DNA of 56,450 nt, counting the filler, from Sphacelaria rigidula (Eukaryota), in assembly GCA_964200075.2 (NCBI GenBank). It is 7 parts of 7 records of this genome, joined end to end, with 100 filler letters (N's around TTAATTAATTAA, not from the genome) between each part and the next. Parts side by side here need not be neighbours in the genome. Positions count along the whole stretch, not along the records: positions 48,473 to 56,450 come from CAXNAA020012764.1; 6 more parts are not named here. One strand, 5' to 3'. Under the pieces are notes generated by a model. It ran no database searches. It was given only the letters and a program-made list of their open reading frames with translations, and had not been told where the DNA came from. A program made the position numbers and the translations under genes. How positions within the stretch are numbered: the stretch's first letter is position 1; every line of letters starts with the position of its first letter. Below are positions 48,646-56,450 of the stretch, one piece after another.

Positions 48646-50917
48646 AAATATTTGATCAACAATCCGATCGAAATATATTGTGTCGGCGCATCACTGCACA
48701 GTACAAGCAGTCAGTCCCGAGGAGTACGGTATTTTTTGCATCGTACGGTACAGTGCAGTGCAGAACAGCAGAGTACATTACGGTACGGTACAGGGGTGAA
48801 TACAGCACGTACAACACCGCATGGCAAAAATTGCACCGTGCAACCGACGGTAGGAGACGTCATGTAATAACAGAACGGCAGCGCAGCACCGCTGCTGCGC
48901 GGTAGACCACAGATTGTTCGAACCGTCTTCTTCCAGCTGAAGTAATCACGAGAGTGTCAACAGTGACGGGCTGCACCCCAAGGCAACGTCTTGTGCGCAT
49001 CGAGCACTTCAGTTTCACGCCGAACACCCGAGGAGGTGCAGACACATTGGCGGCGGTAGGAATGCAGCCTGTCAGCGGTTTCAAACGTTGGTACTTCGGG
49101 ACTGGTCCATTGTGATACTGATGTGAGTTGTGCTGGGTGGATATCTTGGCTGTTGATTGACTGTAATAGTAGTAGTGATAGATGTGGTTAATATTTCTCC
49201 TCGCTATCCTGAACACTGAAGTGGCACTTCATTGTTCGAAATGAAGGTCCCAACACGGGGCTCTGACCCTGAAAAGTGCATCGTGAAAGAATAAATCGGC
49301 GTCCGACTCGTGCCGTTACCGGCCTTTTCCTTGCGTTCTGATCCCAAAACACGAATATGCAGTTTCCGAAACTCTCTGTCGTCGGACCTCAACCAAACGG
49401 TCCAGCATACGAGCTTCAAATGAATCCGCAAAAAATATTGCGATATAACATTGATTACCTGAACCCTCTTGGACCCCGGACTCATCAACAACCAAGTGTG
49501 CATTTTTCTGGCTAGTCGATAGTATAGATAGTGACGCACATGATCAACATCATCCCCGCACGTCCGAAAGGGTGCAGTGTATGCACGCCCCAGACCTCTC
49601 ACAGTCAGTACTGCAGCAGTACATTTCAGTTGTAGGGCAGCACAGCCCCGCGCAGCACCGCACCGCACCGCACTGCAAGTAGAGTAATACGTCCGTGTGT
49701 GTCTACCCCTGTTACCTAAAGACGTGAGCCAAGCCAACAATGACCGTACAATACAGCATGTTGCAGTACGCTCAGTGCTTATGCAGAGAGATATCCCGCA
49801 GCTGGATCCATATTCGCAGCAGTTTGGGTGCGATATTTGCTTGCTGATTTTGCCGACCATCACGCTGCTGCCAGCTGTGGCTGGATGGGTCACGGAGGAG
49901 TGACGGGCTCTCCCATTGCTGCATTTCAGTCGCCATGTAATGGTGGTTCCCCTAATCGCCTATCCACTTGTTGGTATTCGTGTATTGGATGGGTTAGTTT
50001 TGATCTTTGGCTACGGGGGGGGACGGGGAATGGTGTGTGTAGGCGGAGTTATTTCGTGAATTTCCCATATTCGATAAACCAAATGATGAACGAGCGCACA
50101 AGAGAATGATGGTTACTTCAAACTGAAATCAAATAATTGGTACCTCGGTAAGACCCAGAGCGTCTGAACACCGCATCCTTGTCATGTTGAACTGGGTACA
50201 GTAGAATCATTTATTATAGTATGAGGCAGATCTTGCTGTGTTATCGCCTCGGCACGCTCTCCGTGTGGACGAAGAATAACTGCCCTTCTTTGGTTGCTGG
50301 CTGCTTCATCGCTCCACCCTCTGCTGCTGTGATTGGTTACTTCCACCCGAAAATAATATCAAGAAGGCGCGGTCAACGCTATATTTAGGTGGGACTAATC
50401 CGCACTGGGACTCAAAATATTCGAGGGTATGCGCGCTGCCTCGGCGACGTCGGAAACGATGTACGGCAAGAGTAGAAGTTTTTCGAAAGACCGTTGGTCT
50501 CATCAGCGCGCGGGGGAGTGGTATACAACAAAGCAGGGGACAAAAGCCCGTCTTCCCTTGTTACGTGCCACCCTCATTCTGCTTCAAGCTGCCGCTTACG
50601 CTCTGACGCTCACATGTAAAGTATGCTTCAATCTTTTGCACAATCGATCGTACTAGGTGCCTGCTACGTGTTGCCCTGCTAAAGTCGAGATCATGTGTGC
50701 AGCGTATAGACCAAAACCCAGCATATTTGTCATAATCTACGATAATACGGAGGCATTTCAACCGGTGGGAAATTGAAGAAAAAAAAAACGACCGGCGCAA
50801 TACTGACGGCCGACAATCCCAAGGCCTGGTCGACAACTGGCTGTAATAACGCGTAATTCCTACGGCAGTATCCAATTTTTGTCTCCGGGATAAGTCCTGA
50901 CATGCGACGGCCCTAAC

Positions 50918-52420
50918 CTCCAGGGTAGCATCCGTGTATCTGTGCTTGTCAGTCCTAGACAGCATATCTACCACGATTATAAAATTATCTTGGCTATTTT
51001 GCGAAATGTTGATTTACAGTAAGTCTTCGACGTGTATCCCGCTCGAAGTGTCTTTCTCCAAGTTGGTCTCGGTCGGGACACCCATTCGATGAAGGTACTT
51101 GACTAGTCGGGGAACCGTCGCCCTCACGGTGTATGGACCTGTTCGAAAAATTACGATAGACTGGCACCTACAGTACAAACACAGCAGAGCACGAACGTGC
51201 ATTTTCGGTGGTCATCTGAGAAAAACATCGGAGGTCGGAGCTTTTTTTCCGGGCAGGGGGTGGCATATTCGTAAATTTTGCCCCCCCCTCCCCCTTCCCC
51301 CGCCCCTCTCTTTTCCGACCTTATGAAAAATGCTACATATTTTCCCAAAACCACTGTTGAAGCCGTATAAAGGCCTCTGCAAGCGCTCACCAGCTTCGGG
51401 AGTATTTCAACGCACACAAGCAACTGATTTGGTGTGATCTTTTCGTAAACCCCCACAGTAGGGTGCGGCGCGGTCTCCGGGAAATTCCAAAGCTCAGCCA
51501 TCTCACTGGTTTTGTTTTGAAAACCACATCAGTTCGACCTTTCTGACTCGCGGTCGACGCGTACCCAGGTATCGTGAACAGTATGAATCTTTGCTCCGAC
51601 CCCAGGAACATGATTTAAAGACGTGGCCAGCTTCATTTTCACAAGTCTGACCACGGCTGGCAGCCCAATGACTTGGGGAAGTTTCACCACCTGTCGGAGC
51701 CCAATGACTTGTGTTTAAAGAACCCTCCCCCCCCCCTCCCCCCCTTCACCCAAATTTGGGCCCAGAGAAACTGTTTGAGTGTTGGATCTGAACCATATCA
51801 TATACCCCTTGGGTCGGGGTGAATTCGTTCCGTGTGACTTTGTGTGGGTTTTATTCAATTCGTTGTGCCTCACTCCTGTAGAAAGCCGTCGCTTGCACGA
51901 TGACAGTTATTGGCAAGTCTTGGTGCTGGGCGCCAATCGGCCATCCTCATCCCGGAGCTCGACCAAAGCGCTTGTGCGAATTGGATTCAGGGGCAACGGC
52001 GGCAGCTTGGCTGTGGGAACTTCGGCACAGATACGCGTAACACCCTCGAAAAACTGTTTGATCTTGTTGCAGTGCTTGCACGAATTGGATTGGCCCGCAA
52101 GGGTGTCAAACTGGCTGTGGGAGGTCCGGCGAGGGTACAAGTTAGATTCTACCCTCTTCTTGCATGGCTATTTGATAAGCTGGATCACGCGAGCATAACG
52201 CACACCCACGTGTGTCATTCGCGCCGTTTTCTTCGACGGGAAAAACGGATGCGGACACAAATTGTTGGAAGGTTGGCGCTCGTGCATTGCCAATGCTGGC
52301 AGGTCTCGCCCCCCGGGCACCACGCAGTCACACCCACCTATATACCGGAGTGCTTGCGTGAATTGGAATTGTGGCCAACGGCGGCGAATCCAACGTGAGA
52401 GTTTTTGCAGAAATTCGCCA
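50918..52420 (-). pseudogene. Decayed spliced gene, possibly a transposase
   Basis: Exon-like segment 51138-50918 (aacAG…GTTAGG; GPYTVRATVPRLVKYLHRMGVPT…LL*INISQ…YTDATLE) has an in-frame stop. A further donor GTGAGC lies at about 51390 and a His/Cys segment SHSQF…CKHC at about 52060-52130. Confidence 0.35.
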
Positions 52421-53143
52421 CCCTTGCGAAAGCACGTATCATGCCGGCACAACACACACATACCTGGGCCAAAATATTTCAGTAATGTTTTCTAACTATG
52501 CAAAACATTGGCCGCCTACACATGTGTTTGAAGTCTACCGGTCGCAAGTTGATGATGCTGGCAGCGATCGGTCCCGGGCACCGCGTACTCACCGGAATCC
52601 CAAGAGTGCTTGCGTGGAATAGATTTGCGGCCACCGGCGTGGATCCGAGCGTGTAGGAGCTTGGGGGAAGATCGTCACTGCGATCAAGCTGAAAGGCAGT
52701 ACAGTAACATTGGAAAATGGCTGTTCAGACAGCACATTACGTACAGTACACAGTAAAGTGCGCACAATCAGTTTAATTATTGCATGGAAATATTTTCTGG
52801 CGAGGTGGCGCACGGGACTAACGCCAGCTTCGGATTCTCAGAACTGCTGTTCGGCTGTTCGATTGGTCGACGCGCAACTTTTATTTTTTCCCCAGATATG
52901 GGTAAAGGCCCATCTTACCCATCTCAACGGGGGGGGGGGGAGTAACGCAAGAGAATGAACAAAATAACGTCCAAAATCAGCATATTGATCCGGCGTCGTG
53001 ATACTACCCCGCCGCGTGATGTCGCGATGACCAATCAGCATGCTGCTCTTGAACGATTGTTTTGCATTTTTTTTCTGTTGCCGTCAAGGTGGGTCCTGGT
53101 GACACCCAGAGCCAAAACGCCAAGGCCAAACAGTATATGTCTC

Positions 53144-53630
53144 GTCAGGCCGCTCCTTATAACAGACAGAAAATAAAATAAAATAGCAGAGTGCCGTTTT
53201 GGAGCTTTTACATCGTTTTACTCCCCAAAAGAGAGCCAGGAGGAGTTTCACACCTTGGAACGACTTGCTCTACTAGATGGGGCGGTTCCAGAGCATCTTC
53301 CCGTATTCCGGTTGCCGCAATTGTATTTTGGCCAAACTAGAACTTTTGTCGAAGAACGGTCAAAAACAGTCAAATCTAAAAAAAATCGCCACTTTTCTCT
53401 TAACTTGACTATTTTTGACCGTTCTTGGAGAAAAATTGTTGTTTGGTCCAAATGCAAACCGCGGCCACCGGAAAAGGGGAAGATGTCCTCTAACCGCCTC
53501 GACTAGTAGAGCAAGTCATTCCAAGGTGTAAAACTCCGCGTAGCTCTCTTTCGGGGCGTAAAACGACGTAGAAGCTATAAAAAGGCACTTCCAGGTTTTT
53601 ATTTTTGTCTGTGATAAGGAGCGGCCTCAC
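53144..53630. mobile_element. Foldback element family B (~490 bp palindrome)
   Basis: aggccgctccttataacagaca / tgtctgtgataaggagcggcct; acaccttggaacgacttgctctactag / ctagtagagcaagtcattccaaggtgt; aagaacggtcaaaaacagtcaa / ttgactatttttgaccgttctt. Confidence 0.85.
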
Positions 53631-55583
53631 TAAAGCCGTTTTTTTTCGTTCTGCCGATTGCAAAGTTTCACCTTTTATTCCCGACCGCTCTTCGCGTAGC
53701 GTCATCCACCCTACTATCGACTATATGGCTACGGTAGTTACACGTTACTTCGACGTCTCTAAGCGCGTGGTCTTATATCCTTGTGTGGCTCCACTTACAC
53801 TTTAAGAAATGAGTCGAGACAAAAGACAGGGATGAAAGCAACTTTGCCGACACAACGCATGTGTTTTACTCTTGCCCATGGCAGGTGTCCTTGGAGCTAC
53901 CGACGTCTGGCGCCGATGCGTACGCGGTTTATTCTGATCTCCGACGGCAGCCCGAGTGGTCACCGTGGCTCAAGAGCGTCGAGGTGAAATAACGACGAGA
54001 GCAAGGCGCGCGGTTTGGGTTCGACGCTTTCTCGACCTCTTGAGCGCCGGCATATGAACAATTGGTCCGGCAGCTATGAATGTCGGGAATAATAATGCCT
54101 AATTCGTCAGATGACTAACTCTGAGCATTTTATGAGTTTATGGCCGGCTGAATTTGTTCTGCCTAGTTTGCTGCACGTAACGTCAGTGGCGCCAACGCAT
54201 GCGCAGTGCAGACGGTGCACGGTAAATAATCCCTTCATAGCAGCAGTGCACTGCGCGGTGACAGCCTCTGCCAGCAAGATCGAATGCACTGCTGTGCGCG
54301 GAGAGTTTGCGTTTAACATGCTGTGCGCGGAGACTCTGTCGGCAACTGCGGCACCGATCTCGCCGCGAGTATCGTTATCGAAACCTTTCGGTTTGAGTCA
54401 TGATTTTTTTTTTCATTATTCTGTTTTTTTTTTGCTGCTGCTGACCACGGGCTGGATTGTTGCAATCAGCCAGTGTGAGATAATCAATGAAGCAGCCAAT
54501 CAATGCTTGTGCACGTCCTCGGTTATTTTGCGTGTGCAAGGCGTTCATGTCCGAGAGAACCTAGGTTGGAGCTGCCCACGCGCGGGCGTGTGTGCTACAC
54601 ATCGCTTGATGCGTTGTTGACACAAACGGCTGCTGGTTTCTCTACTTGTGTGCATGACGCAAACGCGAGACATTTCGAGGAAGTTTTTCAAATTGCTCTC
54701 AAATACTCATGTGGGTAGATTGTGCTCTGCCTGCTGCTTCTGGATGCTATGCCGCCCGCGGGATGCCACGCGTGTGCGCGCGCGTTCGTGTGTTTGCGTA
54801 ACGGCCTGCGGCGGCTGATGTTGCTCCATGAGGAGACTCGGTACCCCACGCTCTTCTTCCTGCGGAACGTACGTCGAAGCGGCGGCTTGTCGATCTCATG
54901 TCTTGAAAAATCTCGCGAACTAGCTATGTGCATGGCAGACATGATTCTTCCCCAACGCAGCGGTGCATGTCTTGTGTCAAACCCTCTAGCACTCGTCCGC
55001 TCGCAAAAGCGTTGCTCCAAGTGTAGTGTCGTTTTTGGGTGCGAGGGTGATGTTTCCAGCGTTGGGCTTCCAGGAGGTCATCGGCCCGACTGCTCGCCGA
55101 TCTGTGGACAGGTTGTGGTGGTGCAGACATGTACTTGAGTTGACAGCCAAGAAGCGGACGGAGGACGCCCGCACTCTCGGTTGACTGGTCGCGATGTGCG
55201 TGAACACTTGCGCTTTTCTCAAAATCGGCCCGTGTCGAAACGTATCTCTCGGGGATTAAGTTGTTCCGCCACTCGGCCTCTTACCGTTTCTTGGGTCTCA
55301 CCGATGGAAATCGCAGCACGACCAAGCGTCCGGGCAGTCGACGTGGGTGATTCAATCAAGAGGGTTCAAGGTTTCGTGGAAAGCGCAGAATACAATCGAG
55401 GTACGGATACGACCGAGGGTAGCGTCCCTTGCCGGTGGGGTTGTAGGTCGCGGAACCTAAAAGTATAGTCCCTGTTGGTGTTGGAAGTTGGAAGTTGGAA
55501 GCATTCGTGCTGAACTGTGTCAGCACCCATGTTGCATGTAAAATACTACACCCTGTCAGCAATTGAACGCAAGACCGCTTTGA

Positions 55584-55592
55584 ACACACACA

Positions 55593-55647
<55 letters not shown>
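55584..55647. repeat. (AC)n microsatellite, ~32 units with one interruption
   Basis: Read directly from the sequence. Confidence 0.95.
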
Positions 55648-55650
<3 letters not shown>

Positions 55651-55959
55651 AACTCTAGTGCGGTAGCAAGATGTCCTTGTCGAACCTGTTTTGACCAAAA
55701 CCCCAATGGTTTTACAAGGTGTCCTCTCCTCTGCTCGCTTCCCTCGTTTTCGTATTCCTACTTTGATACCACCTTGTAGGAAGTCTACGTAGCCTTGAAA
55801 TGCTCCTCTGCTGCTATCGATCTGTTTGACCGATGGAACACTGTTGCGGTCTGTTGCTCTTCGAATTCATCTTTCATGTATTGCCTCTACCGCGTGGCGT
55901 ATGTTTGTGCTGCTTTCGACTTGCTCCGCTGCGCTGTGACTTTTGCGCACTTGCCACAG

Positions 55960-56370
55960 GTGCCCGGGAGGGAAGTAGCGTGGGAGAGCACCACGGGGCT
56001 GAGCAATAGGGGACGAGTGACATTTCAAGACACTGGGCATGAGCGATGCGTCATGACTCTAACGTTATCGTACAACTTGCCAAGGGTGAGACGAAGCCGC
56101 CGCCGTGCTCATCCACGGTACGCGCCCTGTTGTTGTCTCCTGTCAGAAACGCCACCGTGCTCATCCATGGTACGCGCAAACATGTTGCGCCTAGTAGAGC
56201 AGCTTGAGCAGGATTCGACCAAGCTGACTGAATGTCACAACGTACTCTTGCTTTGTATCTCCCCTTCCCTCGTTTATTCCCTCGTTTATTGGTGACACGC
56301 TCGAACAGGTGATCGCCTCGGTGCTGAAAATCGACGCGGTGGAAAAATACGTCAAATGGACGCTCTTGGG
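55960..56370 (+). CDS. SRPBCC / polyketide cyclase-dehydrase (START-like) family protein; exons 55960-56085 and 56309-56370
   Basis: cacAG|VPGREVAWESTTGLSNRGRVTFQDTGHERCVMTLTLSYNLPR|GTGAGA, then aacAG|VIASVLKIDAVEKYVKWTLL G|GTAAGG, phase consistent. The pattern W.S..GL.N.G.V.F…l.l.Y is typical of the family. Confidence 0.8.
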
Positions 56371-56450
56371 GTAAGGTTCCACGGTTAGGACGAATCATCA
56401 CGGGTTCGAATCACCAAATCTACGATCTCTTCGGCCCGATTGCCCGAAAG

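Noticed and set aside
51910-52398. Plus-strand ORF with a Plavaka-transposase-like phrase (KGVKLAVGG…FYPLLAWLFD)
   Set aside because: The resemblance is short and unsupported by flanking motifs, and neighbouring exon signals are on the minus strand.
258-56401. Most 60-180 aa ORFs in the supplied track
   Set aside because: They have the composition of random or repeat-derived frames, overlap microsatellites or TEs, or are antisense shadows of real exons.
1-56450. Integrated giant-virus segment or multi-gene system joining the Vps62-like, Pmp-like and SRPBCC genes
   Set aside because: There are no dense intronless ORFs or viral hallmark genes, and the three genes are on separate unlinked contigs.

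Overview
Eukaryotic, repeat-rich, gene-poor DNA, most likely from a brown alga (Phaeophyceae). That assignment is an inference from long GT-AG introns, short exons, a Pmp-repeat gene and a repeat family resembling those I recall from Ectocarpus-type genomes. The window is not one locus. It is seven contigs of 7979, 7979, 7979, 7979, 7978, 7978 and 7978 bp, sorted by size and joined by artificial 100-bp linkers (N44-TTAATTAATTAA-N44), so nothing spanning a linker is real linkage. Spliced gene fragments reconstructed by hand with matching intron phases: (1) a Vps62-like protein, 4 exons, minus strand, contig 5; (2) a polymorphic-membrane-protein (GGAI/FxxN repeat) adhesin-like protein, 4 exons, minus strand, contig 6; (3) an SRPBCC/polyketide-cyclase family protein, 2 exons, plus strand, contig 7. 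There are also a few orphan exons and a 493-aa coiled-coil ORF. The rest is transposon debris: hAT-like MITEs (one with an 8-bp TSD), a Sola2-like MITE with a 4-bp TSD, several foldback palindromes, an RTE-like LINE 3' end, a tRNA-derived SINE head and 41-bp repeat arrays. The most unusual structure is in contig 3, where a decayed coding region is flanked by two inverted duplications of different ages forming two long hairpins, a candidate hairpin-RNA/small-RNA locus. I found no convincing multi-gene novel system.
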